IMG/VR virus record: IMGVR_UViG_2671180616_000002 | Span: 4,542 to 68,541 of that record | Length of the DNA: 64,000 nt | Strand: one strand, 5' to 3' | DNA from: a virus | Lineage: Duplodnaviria > Caudoviricetes | In this document: positions 46,482-55,973 of the stretch, one piece after another | Position numbering within the stretch: position 1 is the first letter of the stretch | Layout of the letters: each line of letters opens with the position of its first letter | Notes under the pieces: model-generated | What the model was told of the DNA's origin: nothing | What the model saw: only the letters and a program-made list of their open reading frames with translations | Database searches by the model: none | Position numbers and translations under genes: made by a program

Positions 46482-47030
46482 GTGAGCACCAGGACCCGCA
46501 AGCCCCGCACCGCCAAGAAAGCCACGCCGGCCCCCGCACCCGAGCGCCCGAACCTCACCCTCGTCGACCTCCGCCACCCCCTCCCCGTACGACGCCGCAC
46601 CATCGGCCCCGCCTCCCCCCAGGTCCTCGCCGAAGCCCGCGCCGCCCGCGCCTCCGCCTGGTGCCGCCTCCCCATACCCGTCCTCGCCTGGCACGCCATA
46701 CCCGGCACCGCCTACGCCCGCCTCCACGACGGAACCCTGATCGTCCACACCGGCGGCCACACCAACCAGTTCACCGCCTGGACCCCCTGCCGGCACGGCG
46801 CCCACCACGCACACCAGGTCGACAGCCACGGGGCCCTGAACGCCGCCCGGGGTGAAGCCGCCGCCTGCACCACGCCCCACGCGGAGACCGACGCCCACCA
46901 GGCCCTCACCACGGCCATCACGGCTGCCGAGCCCGAGCCCACGTCCAGGCCCCGCCTCACGGCCCAGCTCAAGACCGTCAAGAACGGCCGCTCCCTCGCC
47001 GACACCCCCAAGGAGCACCCCCATGGCTGA
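46482..47030 (+). CDS. Hypothetical protein
   Basis: GGAG RBS, codon bias. Confidence 0.5.
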   Translation: MSTRTRKPRTAKKATPAPAPERPNLTLVDLRHPLPVRRRTIGPASPQVLAEARAARASAWCRLPIPVLAWHAIPGTAYARLHDGTLIVHTGGHTNQFTAWTPCRHGAHHAHQVDSHGALNAARGEAAACTTPHAETDAHQALTTAITAAEPEPTSRPRLTAQLKTVKNGRSLADTPKEHPHG

Positions 47031-47367
47031 CATCCCCAAGCCGACCGTCAAGGCCGTGGAGTACACCGTCAACTGCGTCCCCGACGACGGCATCGACGGC
47101 AACCTCTTCGAGATCCGCGTCCAGTACCGGGGCGCCGAGCGCTACGCGGTCACCCGGCACGGCCAGCAGTGCCTCGGCGCTGACGGAACCTGGGACCAGG
47201 GAGTCAAGGAGTACGACCGCGGCCTCGACTGGCTCAATGCCCACCGCTTCGACCTCGACACCGCCCTCGAGATGGCTAAGCAGGCAGCGCCGTTTGTCAC
47301 CGTCAACGGCTTCACCGTCGCCGACGCCATCGCCATGCAGGAGAAGCGGGCTGAGCGCCATGGCTGA
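47023..47367 (+). CDS. Hypothetical protein
   Basis: AAGGAG RBS, MADIPKPTV. Confidence 0.6.
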   Translation: MADIPKPTVKAVEYTVNCVPDDGIDGNLFEIRVQYRGAERYAVTRHGQQCLGADGTWDQGVKEYDRGLDWLNAHRFDLDTALEMAKQAAPFVTVNGFTVADAIAMQEKRAERHG

Positions 47368-47710
47368 CCACGACCACACGTACGTCGCCATGCTCGCCGC
47401 CGCCCTCGAAATGGCCACCGAATTCCGCATCCCCTGCCCCGGCCACCACTACGGCCACCTCGCCGACCTCCGCGTCACACGCCGCACCGACGGCCACGGC
47501 AACGGATGGGCCCTCCTCAACGACGACAACCACGCCTGGACCGGCACCCGCTGGCTCCCCCAGGGAGTCCTCGCCCCCTCCGACATCTACCGCTACGACC
47601 GGCAGACCGCCCTCGACGAAGCCCAACGCATTGCACCCCTCGTAACCGCCGCCTTCCAGATGCAGGTCCAGCGGATCCGCTCCGAGTACCAGGAGAAAAC
47701 GAATGGCTGA
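47360..47710 (+). CDS. Hypothetical protein
   Basis: Overlapping start MADHDH, codon bias. Confidence 0.55.
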   Translation: MADHDHTYVAMLAAALEMATEFRIPCPGHHYGHLADLRVTRRTDGHGNGWALLNDDNHAWTGTRWLPQGVLAPSDIYRYDRQTALDEAQRIAPLVTAAFQMQVQRIRSEYQEKTNG

Positions 47711-48655
47711 CAAGACCGGCATCGAGTGGACCGAGCAGACCTGGAATCCGACCACCGGCTGCGACCGCGTCAGCCCCGGGTGCGACAACTGCTACGCCCT
47801 CACCATGGCCAAGCGCCTCAAGGGCATGGGCTCCGCCAAGTACCAGACCGACGGCGACCCGCGCACCTCTGGTCCCGGCTTCGGTGTCGGCATGCACGAG
47901 GACACGCTCACCGACCCGCTGCGCTGGTCGAAGCCGCGGCGAGTGTTCGTGAACTCAATGAGCGATCTGTTCCACACCAAGGTGACGGACGACTTCATCG
48001 CCCGCGTGTTCGCTGTCATGGCGCTCACCCCGCAGCACACCTACCAGCTGCTCACGAAGCGGCACGGGCGGATGCGGTCCCTGCTGTCCAGTGCCTCGTT
48101 CCGGACCGCGTGCGAGAAGGCCGAAGCCCAGCTTGTGGGCGACCCGGCCACGCCTGGCCTGCCGCGGTACAAGCGGGAGCAGTACGCCACCCAATGGTGG
48201 AGCAACTTCGCCAAGCCGCTTCCCAACGTCTGGCTGGGTGTATCCGTCGAAGACCAAGGATGGGCAGACGTCCGCATCCCCGCGCTCGTAAAGACGCCCG
48301 CCGCCGTCCGGTTCCTGTCCTGCGAGCCCCTCACCGGCCCCGTCCAGCTCCACCGCGGACACGGCCACTGCCCCACCCACGACTTCTCCGGCGGGTTCTG
48401 CACCGGCTACTGCCCCGACATGGTCTTCCCGGACTGGGTCATCATCGGCGGCGAGTCCGGCCCCGGGGCCCGCGAGTTCAACCCCAAGTGGGCGGCCGAC
48501 CTAATCGCCGACTCCCGCAACGCCGGAGCAGCCCCTTCGTGAAGCAGCTCGGCTCCGTCTGGGCCCGCGAGAACAGCGCCTCGGACGGGAAGGGCGGCAA
48601 GCCGGCCGACTGGCCCGAGGACCTCCGAGTCCGCGAATTTCCCAAGCCGCGGTGA
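47703..48655 (+). CDS. Phage Gp37/Gp68 (DUF5131) family protein; apparent single-C loss at about 48533
   Basis: TGIEWT..TWNPTTGCDRVSPGCDNCYA, FVNSMSDLFH, LTKR, RFLSCEPL, WVIIGGESG; the shifted frame gives PFVKQLG...VREFP. Confidence 0.88.
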
Positions 48656-48873
48656 CCGAGTACGAGGTGTCCTGCCTCGGCAAGACCCGCTTCCCCAGCC
48701 GCCGCGCAGCCCGACGCCGCAGACGACAGATACGCGGAGAAGGCGGACCCAACTTCCGCACCTACCGCTGCCGGTACTGCCTCCGCGTCCACATGGGCCA
48801 CCGAACCGGCGAAGCCACCTACGTACGGACCACACCCCACGGCGTCATCCCCATCCAGGAGCTCACCCAATGA
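48652..48873 (+). CDS. Small zinc-finger-like protein
   Basis: CLGKTRF...YRCRYCLRVHMGH. Confidence 0.55.
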   Translation: MTEYEVSCLGKTRFPSRRAARRRRRQIRGEGGPNFRTYRCRYCLRVHMGHRTGEATYVRTTPHGVIPIQELTQ

Positions 48874-49889
48874 CCACCTACTACGAAGACGACCAGGTGA
48901 CCCTGCTCCTCGGCGACGCCCTGGAGACCGTGCAGGCGCTGCCCGACCGCTCCGTCGACTGCATCGTCACCTCGCCCCCCTACTTTGGCCTCCGCGACTA
49001 CGGCACCGCAGGGCAGTACGGGCTCGAGGCCACGCCCGCCCAGTACGTCGAGACGATGCGGCGACTCTTCGCAGAAGCCCGGCGTGTCTTGGCCGACGAC
49101 GGCACCCTGTGGCTCAACCTCGGCGACTCTTACAGCTCCGGCCAGGGCGCCCTCAACACCGGCTTCAACGAGCGGTGGCACGGCGAAGGAAACGGCGGGC
49201 AGCGCAAGCAGGAGAAGGGCCGCCCATCACGCCGGCGAGACGGCGCCGAAGTGGCGGCCGCGCGCAGGACCGTCACAGGCCTGCCCCCCAAGAACCTCCT
49301 GATGATCCCGGAACGCACGGCCATGGCCCTCCAGGACGACGGGTGGATCCTCCGCAACAAGATCGTGTGGCACAAGACCAACGCCATGCCGTCCTCCGTA
49401 CAAGACCGCCTCTCCAACAGGTACGAGCACCTCTTCCTCTTCGCGAAGTCCGAGCGCTACGCCTTCGACCTGGACCCCATCCGCGAACCCCACACCATGC
49501 GCCCCCAGCGCAGGCCTTCCGGACACAAGGCACGCCAGAAGCTCGGCGTCCTGCCCGCCCAGACCTACTCGACCTCACAGCGCGACGAGCCCGGAGTCGA
49601 CGGCCACCCCCTCGGCAGAAACCCCGGCGACGTCTGGTCAATCCCCACCCGCCCCTACCCCCAGGCCCACTTCGCCGTCTTCCCCATCGACATCCCGCTC
49701 CGCTGCATCAAGGCCGGCTGCAAGCCCAACGGCACCGTCCTCGACCCCTTCAGCGGCTCAGGAACCACCGGCGCCGCAGCACGACAGCTCAACCGCAAGT
49801 ACATCGGCATCGACCTCAACCCCACCTACCACGACCTCGCCAAGGAGCGCTTCGCCCAAGGCGTCCTGGACTTCGGAGGAGCCGCATGA
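48870..49889 (+). CDS. DNA amino-methyltransferase (N4-C/N6-A, beta class)
   Basis: VTSPPY, NLGD, IVWHK, HFAVFP, VLDPFSGSGTTG. Confidence 0.93.
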   Translation: MTTYYEDDQVTLLLGDALETVQALPDRSVDCIVTSPPYFGLRDYGTAGQYGLEATPAQYVETMRRLFAEARRVLADDGTLWLNLGDSYSSGQGALNTGFNERWHGEGNGGQRKQEKGRPSRRRDGAEVAAARRTVTGLPPKNLLMIPERTAMALQDDGWILRNKIVWHKTNAMPSSVQDRLSNRYEHLFLFAKSERYAFDLDPIREPHTMRPQRRPSGHKARQKLGVLPAQTYSTSQRDEPGVDGHPLGRNPGDVWSIPTRPYPQAHFAVFPIDIPLRCIKAGCKPNGTVLDPFSGSGTTGAAARQLNRKYIGIDLNPTYHDLAKERFAQGVLDFGGAA

Positions 49890-50401
49890 CCCTCACCCTC
49901 CCCGACCTCACCACCCCGTACGACTGGGAGCCCGCCCCCCGCATCCACGTCGTCGTCCACGGCATCGCAGGCCCCCAAGGCAGCAAGACCGCCGTCGGCT
50001 ACGGACGAAGCCGCAAGACCGGCCGGACCATCCCCCTCATGCGCGAGTCCTCCGCCAAGGTCAAGCCCTGGCGAGACAAGGTCACCGACGCCATCAAGGC
50101 CGCCATCCTCCGCGGGGAAGCCCAGCCCATCGTCGGCCCCGTCTACGCCGAGATCACCTTCACCATGACCAAGCCCGTCCGCGCACCCAAACGCCGGCGC
50201 ACCTACCCCGCCGTCACGCCCGACATCGACAAGCTCGAACGCTCCACCTACGACGCCATCACCAAAGCCCTCGCCTGGAAAGACGACGGCAGCGTCATCG
50301 AGAACCACAACCGCAAGGTCTACCCCGGCGAGCACCCCGACGCCCTTGCCGAGCCCGGAGCGATCATCCGCCTCTACGCCCTCAACGGAGCCCTCTCATG
50401 A
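49886..50401 (+). CDS. rusA: RusA-family Holliday junction resolvase
   Basis: GPQGSK, KVKPWR, PDIDKLERSTYDAI...WKDDGSV. Confidence 0.85.
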   Translation: MTLTLPDLTTPYDWEPAPRIHVVVHGIAGPQGSKTAVGYGRSRKTGRTIPLMRESSAKVKPWRDKVTDAIKAAILRGEAQPIVGPVYAEITFTMTKPVRAPKRRRTYPAVTPDIDKLERSTYDAITKALAWKDDGSVIENHNRKVYPGEHPDALAEPGAIIRLYALNGALS

Positions 50402-50931
50402 CCACAGCCCACGCCCCCGTGGAGACCGCGCGCAGCACCGCAACTGGCCGCGCCACAACAAAGGCCGCGCAGAGCACCCGTACGGCCCTTCCCGAGCCGG
50501 CCGTCAGCGGCTGGTGGAACCTGGCCGCGTGCCGGGAGGTGGACCCTGAGCTTTTCTTCCCGGCCAACTGCAACGACCTGGCCCGGAACGCGAAGAAGGT
50601 GTGCGGAGGCTGCCCCGTGCAGCTGGAGTGCTTGCAGTGGGCGTTGGATGCCCGGCAGGACTTCGGGGTGTGGGGCGGGCTGACGGAGCGGGAGCGGCGC
50701 CAGCTGCACCGCAGGAAGCCACGGATGTACAACACGTCGATCCTGTCGGCGGTGGATCACATCCTGGCTTACCGGCTGGATGAGTTCCGTGCGGCGCAGG
50801 CGCGGGGGCTGACTTCGGGGCAGATGGCGAGGGAGCTGGGAACGAATGTGCAGACGATCAGCAAGGTGGCGGCGGCGCTGAAGGGCGCGGAGGCCCTGGA
50901 CGCGGCCGCGGAGGCGGTGGACTCGGCATGA
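50398..50931 (+). CDS. whiB: WhiB-family transcription factor
   Basis: AACREVDPELFF...AKKVCGGCPVQLEC...GVWGGLTERERR. Confidence 0.92.
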   Translation: MTTAHAPVETARSTATGRATTKAAQSTRTALPEPAVSGWWNLAACREVDPELFFPANCNDLARNAKKVCGGCPVQLECLQWALDARQDFGVWGGLTERERRQLHRRKPRMYNTSILSAVDHILAYRLDEFRAAQARGLTSGQMARELGTNVQTISKVAAALKGAEALDAAAEAVDSA

Positions 50932-51479
50932 CGGCAATGAGCGCTGAGGAGCGCGGGGACCTGGCGCAGGCGCTGCTTCCGGAGGCCGCCGGCCTAGTGT
51001 GCGCGGTGCGGGAGGAGAGGCCGGAGCAAATCGCCGCACGTCTGCGGGGCCTGTCACGGTACGAGCTGGAGGCGCTGGCTGTAGTGCTGGCGGCGATCGT
51101 CGACCCGGACCGTGGGCTGAAGGAAGCTTTGTCGTGGGTCGACTTCGATGAGTACGGAGAGCCGACGAAGTACCGGCCGTCGACCCGTCGGACTGTACGT
51201 GAAGCCGCCCCGGATGTGGCGCCTCGAGGCCGCGGCGTTGACCGGGTTGCAGTGGAGCGGGCCCTGCGCGGCGGCCAGGTCAACCTCAATGCCGCCGAAC
51301 GTTCCATGGCTGTGGACATCGGGCTCCGGCGCGGCATGAGCTACGACGACGTTGCCGCGGCGCTGCGCATGGACCGGGAGGCGGTCAAGCGGTCGTGGGA
51401 GCGGTCGAAGACCAGGGCGCGGAAGGAAGGGCGCTGGGTTCCTCCGATGCAGGTCGGCGAGATCAGCGGTGTGGCGTGA
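50928..51479 (+). CDS. HTH-containing protein
   Basis: GMSYDDVAAALRMDREAVKRSW. Confidence 0.6.
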   Translation: MTAMSAEERGDLAQALLPEAAGLVCAVREERPEQIAARLRGLSRYELEALAVVLAAIVDPDRGLKEALSWVDFDEYGEPTKYRPSTRRTVREAAPDVAPRGRGVDRVAVERALRGGQVNLNAAERSMAVDIGLRRGMSYDDVAAALRMDREAVKRSWERSKTRARKEGRWVPPMQVGEISGVA

Positions 51480-51539
51480 CCGAGTACAGCCCCAGGCGCC
51501 GTGTGGTCCTGGGTCAACCGAGTTGAGGAGTGCAGCCTG

Positions 51540-52046
51540 ATGGCTGGAGAGTGCGTGATCACAATCGTCGGGAACCTGGTGGACGACGTGGAGCTGCGAT
51601 TCACCCCGGCCGGCGCCGCGGTCGCGAAGTTCCGGATCGCTTCGACGCCGCGGGTGTTCGACAAGCAGACGAACGAGTGGAAGGACGGCGAGGGCCTGTT
51701 CCTGTCGTGCTCGGTGTGGCGTCAGGCGGCTGAGAACGTCGCTGAGAGTCTCACTCGGGGCATGCGGGTCATTGTGCAGGGCCGGTTGAAGCAGAGGTCG
51801 TACGAGGACCGTGAGGGTGTGAAGCGCACGGTGTACGAGCTGGATGTGGAGGAGGTCGGCCCGTCGCTGAAGAGCGCGACGGCGAAGGTGACGAAGGCGT
51901 CGGGTGGTCAGGGGCGTGCGGGTGAGCAGGCGCGGCCAGCTCCTGGTGCCGGGGCGGGGGATCCGTGGGCGTCGGCTGCGCAGGGGGCTGCTCAGCAGGG
52001 GGCTGGCGGTTGGGGTGCTGGGCGGGAGGACGAGCCGCCTTTCTGA
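51540..52046 (+). CDS. ssb: Single-stranded DNA-binding protein
   Basis: [32 protein letters not shown], terminal DEPPF. Confidence 0.95.
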   Translation: MAGECVITIVGNLVDDVELRFTPAGAAVAKFRIASTPRVFDKQTNEWKDGEGLFLSCSVWRQAAENVAESLTRGMRVIVQGRLKQRSYEDREGVKRTVYELDVEEVGPSLKSATAKVTKASGGQGRAGEQARPAPGAGAGDPWASAAQGAAQQGAGGWGAGREDEPPF

Positions 52047-52063
52047 TCATGGCGGTGTGGTGT

Positions 52064-52097
52064 GGGGCCCGGTCCTGGGTTGGGGCCGGGTCCTTTT
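52064..52097 (+). terminator. Terminator after ssb
   Basis: GGGGCCCGGTCCT-GGGTT-GGGGCCGGGTCC-TTTT. Confidence 0.65.
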
Positions 52098-52115
52098 GTG
52101 TGGAACCCCCCGTGC

Positions 52116-52152
52116 GTAAGTCATTGCGTACGTAGCGACTTACGGCTAGTCT
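52116..52152 (+). promoter_or_regulatory. Promoter with overlapping 28-bp palindromic operator, copy 4
   Basis: GTAAGTCATTGCGTACGTAGCGACTTAC; TTGCGT-N17-TAGTCT. Confidence 0.8.
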
Positions 52153-52209
52153 GGTGGAGCCGACAACGACCCGCACACCGCGGGCCGGAGTACCCAAAAG
52201 GGGCCCACC

Positions 52210-52407
52210 ATGCAGGAACTCCGCCTCATCGACCCGTATGGCTACACCGTCCCCGGCACCGTCCAGTCCAACGTCCCGGACGCCAACGCCGGCCAGGTCA
52301 CCGACCGCCTCCTCCACGAAGTCGCCCCCGGGCACGCCGCCGCGTGGGACAGCGCCCAGCACCGCTTCGACGCCCGCGACTACACGGTCCAGCCCACCCG
52401 GGTCTGA
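52210..52407 (+). CDS. Hypothetical protein
   Basis: First ORF after the promoter, codon bias. Confidence 0.55.
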   Translation: MQELRLIDPYGYTVPGTVQSNVPDANAGQVTDRLLHEVAPGHAAAWDSAQHRFDARDYTVQPTRV

Positions 52408-52453
52408 CCCCCTCAGCAGGCGCTCCCTTCACCACCCCTCAACGGAGGACACC

Positions 52454-52678
52454 ATGCCGAACTACCACCCCACCGCCGGAGACCGCGTCCGTGTCACCCG
52501 CACCAGGCCCAACGGCTCCACCCACTTCATCAAGACCGGCACGATCCTCAGCACCGACCGGCCCGACATCTTCGGGTACCACTTCCAGGACGACACCGGG
52601 CCCCGCGTGCACATGGCAACCGGTGCGCAGCTGGCCCAGTCGATGCGCGGCTGGACTCAGGTGATCCGGCCCCTCTAG
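52454..52678 (+). CDS. Hypothetical protein
   Basis: GGAGG RBS, MPNYHPTAGDRVRV. Confidence 0.55.
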   Translation: MPNYHPTAGDRVRVTRTRPNGSTHFIKTGTILSTDRPDIFGYHFQDDTGPRVHMATGAQLAQSMRGWTQVIRPL

Positions 52679-52823
52679 CGGCGCCGGGGGCGGCCTCGCC
52701 GCCCCCCTCATGACCGGTCTCCCCTCGCCCCCTTGCGGGGAGACCCTGCCGCCGTACGCCCCGGCATCCCCCACCGGGGCGTACGGCCCACCCCTCGCAC
52801 TGCCACCGCGCGAAAGGCGCCCC

Positions 52824-53285
52824 ATGGCCACGTCAGACCCCACGAAGCACCTGCTCGGCTACGGGCGGCAGGACCCGGCGACCGGCATGCTCCACGGCCA
52901 CGTCCGCCACCCCGACGGCAACCCGCCCGTTCCTTACGGCTGCCGCTGGTGCGGCACCGCCCAGGGAGGTCACGGCCGCCGGTGGAAGCCCGGACAGGGG
53001 ATGCACGCGTGGGAGCAGCCCACCCAGGCGCAGATCAAGGCCCGCATGCTCGCCCGCCGCAACGCCCGACTGACCGCCGAGCCGGCCAAGTACCACGCCA
53101 CCACGAACTGGGCCGCAGACCTCACTGGAGAAGAGGGCATCCCGTACTGCGCGGACTGCAAGACGGACACGTGCTTCCGCTGGATGCGCATCCAGGCCCG
53201 CCTGGACCCCGAGGGTTGGGGCGTTCCCCGGCCCAGCGGCCGTACGCCTGGCGGCTGGGGCTGCGACGCCACCTCGCCCTGGTGA
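52824..53285 (+). CDS. Hypothetical protein with CxxC/His motifs
   Basis: PYGCRWCG...HAWEQPT..QIKARM. Confidence 0.55.
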   Translation: MATSDPTKHLLGYGRQDPATGMLHGHVRHPDGNPPVPYGCRWCGTAQGGHGRRWKPGQGMHAWEQPTQAQIKARMLARRNARLTAEPAKYHATTNWAADLTGEEGIPYCADCKTDTCFRWMRIQARLDPEGWGVPRPSGRTPGGWGCDATSPW

Positions 53286-53376
53286 CCACGTGCCTGCTGT
53301 GGCCGCTGGCCGCCCTCCACCTCACCCCCCGCGCCCTCACCCACTTGTACCGCGCCCTCACTCCGAAGAAGGCCCC

Positions 53377-53835
53377 ATGAACCCGTACAGCCCTGCACAG
53401 GCCCGCGACGACGTCACCCTCCAATGGACCCGCCGCATGACGAACAAGGGGCGCATGCCCGCCCCGCTGGACTGGGACACCAGCACCGCAGCGGACGGCT
53501 CCCCGCTCGTGTCCGCTCGTATCGACAGCCCCTTCGCGAACAGCTCCCTGCTGATCTTCGTCCAGGTAGGGACGCTGGTCTTGGACGAGTCGGGGCCGTG
53601 TCAGCAGCCGCAGTTCGACTACAGCATCCCGGGCCGCACGGCGTGCCTGTGGCGTACGGGCGGGGTGTGGGTGGAGCTCTGGCACCCCGAGTCCGCCCTG
53701 GCCGTCCCCGCCCAGCCTGCCGCCCCTGCGCTGGCCTCCGTGCGGAAGCCCCGCCTGCCGCGGTTCAGCCCGTCCGCACGACTCCCGCTTCGCCGCAAGC
53801 AGCGCGCCGCTGCCCGCACCACCAAGGAGAACTGA
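53377..53835 (+). CDS. Hypothetical protein
   Basis: Codon bias, operon context. Confidence 0.5.
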   Translation: MNPYSPAQARDDVTLQWTRRMTNKGRMPAPLDWDTSTAADGSPLVSARIDSPFANSSLLIFVQVGTLVLDESGPCQQPQFDYSIPGRTACLWRTGGVWVELWHPESALAVPAQPAAPALASVRKPRLPRFSPSARLPLRRKQRAAARTTKEN

Positions 53836-53838
53836 CCT

Positions 53839-54225
53839 ATGAGCGACACCGCCCTCGAGCCCGGCCCGTTCAACCTGTCCGCCGGCCCCGGCCACCAGCC
53901 CTACACCGTCGAAGCCATCCAGCCCCAGCCCGGCCTGTATGTGTACCGCTACCCCGAGGACATCCCCGACCAGGACCCCCTGTACCGGTGGCGCCTCGGC
54001 CACCACTCCGGGTTCTCCATCGCCAAGTTCGAGTACCCCGGTGACGCCCAGGACGCCGCTTGGTACCTGCGGGACGTGGCGGACTGGACGGCGGAGGCAG
54101 ATGCCTTGAGGGCCCAGGAAGGGCTCGGCGACAAGATCCGCGACCTGATCTACGACACCCCTGGCGTGTTCATGAGCCGCCCCGACACCGCCAAGCAGAC
54201 CACCCCGAAGCGGAGTGACCGATGA
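53839..54225 (+). CDS. Hypothetical protein
   Basis: AAGGAG RBS. Confidence 0.6.
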   Translation: MSDTALEPGPFNLSAGPGHQPYTVEAIQPQPGLYVYRYPEDIPDQDPLYRWRLGHHSGFSIAKFEYPGDAQDAAWYLRDVADWTAEADALRAQEGLGDKIRDLIYDTPGVFMSRPDTAKQTTPKRSDR

Positions 54226-54734
54226 GCGCCCACAAACCCGGTACGCGCATCGCCGCCGTACGTAATGCCGACGACACCACCGTGTACTTGTACGGGCGTG
54301 GCGTGTACGCCGGCGACTTCCCCCGCCCCGGATCCGGGAACTGGCCGGAGAGCACCCGCCAGATGGCCCGCAACGTCATCGAGGGCGAGGACGACAACGT
54401 CGATGAGCTGCGGGCCGCTGACGATGCCTGGATGGTGCGGAAGCTGGCCGAGACAGTCGAGGCGGGCAAGCGGACTCAGGAGGAAGCCGACCGTGAGCTC
54501 GCTGAGTACCGGCGTATCCGTCTTGAGCGTGAGGCCCGCCGTGCGGCCATGTCCGTGGAGGACCAGGTCGTCGAGCTGCTCACGAACATGGACCTGAACC
54601 CGCGCCTGGACCTGGACGGTGGGGGCACGGTGTGGGGCTGCGAGTGCTGGTGGATGCCGGAGGAGGAGTTCGACAAGTTCCTCGGCGGCCGCACGGTCGT
54701 GGAGGTTCCCGAGCCGAAGCGGGATGGGTCATGA
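54222..54734 (+). CDS. Hypothetical protein
   Basis: ATGA overlap; NPRLDLDGGGTVWGCECWW motif. Confidence 0.6.
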   Translation: MSAHKPGTRIAAVRNADDTTVYLYGRGVYAGDFPRPGSGNWPESTRQMARNVIEGEDDNVDELRAADDAWMVRKLAETVEAGKRTQEEADRELAEYRRIRLEREARRAAMSVEDQVVELLTNMDLNPRLDLDGGGTVWGCECWWMPEEEFDKFLGGRTVVEVPEPKRDGS

Positions 54735-55132
54735 CCGCCCTCGCCCGCGCGTTGGTGGGCCCGTCGCCTTCGGGTGGCGGGCCCGTCCCGTCCCTGACCG
54801 ACCGCGAACTTGAGCTGCTCCAGCGCGTTGCTGATGGGACGACCTACGTGCAGCTCGCGGAGGAGTGGGTGCTGGCCGAGGTGTCAGTGCGTTCCATCGG
54901 GGCGCGGGTGCTGCGGAAGCTGGGCGCGGCCACGATCGCCCATGCCGTGTATCTGGCCTGCCAGGCCGATCTGCTGGATGGCCGGCCGCGCCGTCATGGG
55001 GACCATGCGGGTTTCCGTGCGCATGAGCGCCGCGGTGAGGACCCGTGGCTGTGCCCGCCGTGCGCTCAGGGGGAGCGGGCGTACCGGGCTGCGCGGAAGG
55101 CCCCGGCACGGCAGCTTTCTGACGCTGCGTAG
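54731..55132 (+). CDS. LuxR-type HTH regulator with C-terminal His/Cys motif
   Basis: LTDRELELLQRVADGTT...LRKLGAATIAHAV. Confidence 0.75.
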   Translation: MTALARALVGPSPSGGGPVPSLTDRELELLQRVADGTTYVQLAEEWVLAEVSVRSIGARVLRKLGAATIAHAVYLACQADLLDGRPRRHGDHAGFRAHERRGEDPWLCPPCAQGERAYRAARKAPARQLSDAA

Positions 55133-55245
55133 CTGTCGTAGCGCCGTATCGGCCCGTTGGTGATCTCTGGGCGCGGGGTGGAGACCCCTACCCGCCAGTA
55201 CCGCGCCCGTTTCAGTAACCCACCGTCACACCCCTGGAGTTCGTC

Positions 55246-55614
55246 ATGCGTTACCGCCCCTTCGTTGTGTTCTCCCTCCTCGCCGCCCTCCTCGGGGCTG
55301 GCTTCGCCCTGGTGTGGATAGCCGCCACCGGCGAGTACCGGCCCCCGATCTGGGTCACCTGCCTGGCCGCCATCGGGACCGGGTGGGTCGCCGACGTCCT
55401 CGAGCAGGCCCTCGCCCGTCGGCACACCCGCAAGGCCCGCGCCCACGTGGAGGGCCCCAAGCCCACGAACCCTGACGGCACCCCGTACGGCTACCACCAG
55501 ATCAGGGCCTTCGGTTGGGAGCACTGCGACGGCTGCCACAAATGGGGCCAGACCTGGACCCCTGAGAACCCGCACGAGTGCCGACAGACCTACACGAAAG
55601 GACCGGTCGCATGA
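55246..55614 (+). CDS. Membrane protein
   Basis: Two TM segments, GGAG RBS. Confidence 0.55.
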   Translation: MRYRPFVVFSLLAALLGAGFALVWIAATGEYRPPIWVTCLAAIGTGWVADVLEQALARRHTRKARAHVEGPKPTNPDGTPYGYHQIRAFGWEHCDGCHKWGQTWTPENPHECRQTYTKGPVA

Positions 55615-55973
55615 ACGACTGGTACACCGCAGGCTGTGCCCGAGCCTGCACCATCAACCACACCCGCAAGCCCGGCGAGTGCTTCTACGCCCGCACCACC
55701 GACCCCGAGCCCTGCCTCACCGTCCTGCGCACAGAGAGCGCGTCAGACGGGGGGATGTCGATCGTCGGCGTCACGTACACGCTGACCGAGCTGGCCACCC
55801 TGCTGGAGGTCGCGATGCGGGAGGTGGGCCTCACGCTCAGCCCGACGTCGCTGGCCGCGCTCAAGGCCGGGAACCGGATGGACCTGCCCGGCGCCGAGTA
55901 CCAGGCCCTCGCGCTGACTGCCGCACGGTCCCTGATCAAGCCCGACAACCCCACCGGAGGCCCCAATGCCTGA
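55611..55973 (+). CDS. Hypothetical protein
   Basis: ATGA overlap. Confidence 0.5.
   Translation: MNDWYTAGCARACTINHTRKPGECFYARTTDPEPCLTVLRTESASDGGMSIVGVTYTLTELATLLEVAMREVGLTLSPTSLAALKAGNRMDLPGAEYQALALTAARSLIKPDNPTGGPNA

Noticed and set aside
2524-48536. Frameshifts in the portal (~2525), tail hub (~17849), RHH regulator (~29705) and DUF5131 (~48533) genes as programmed recoding or pseudogenes
   Set aside because: Each is repaired by adding one base to a C or G homopolymer, the typical long-read or pyrosequencing error, and none has a slippery heptamer. Raw reads would settle it.
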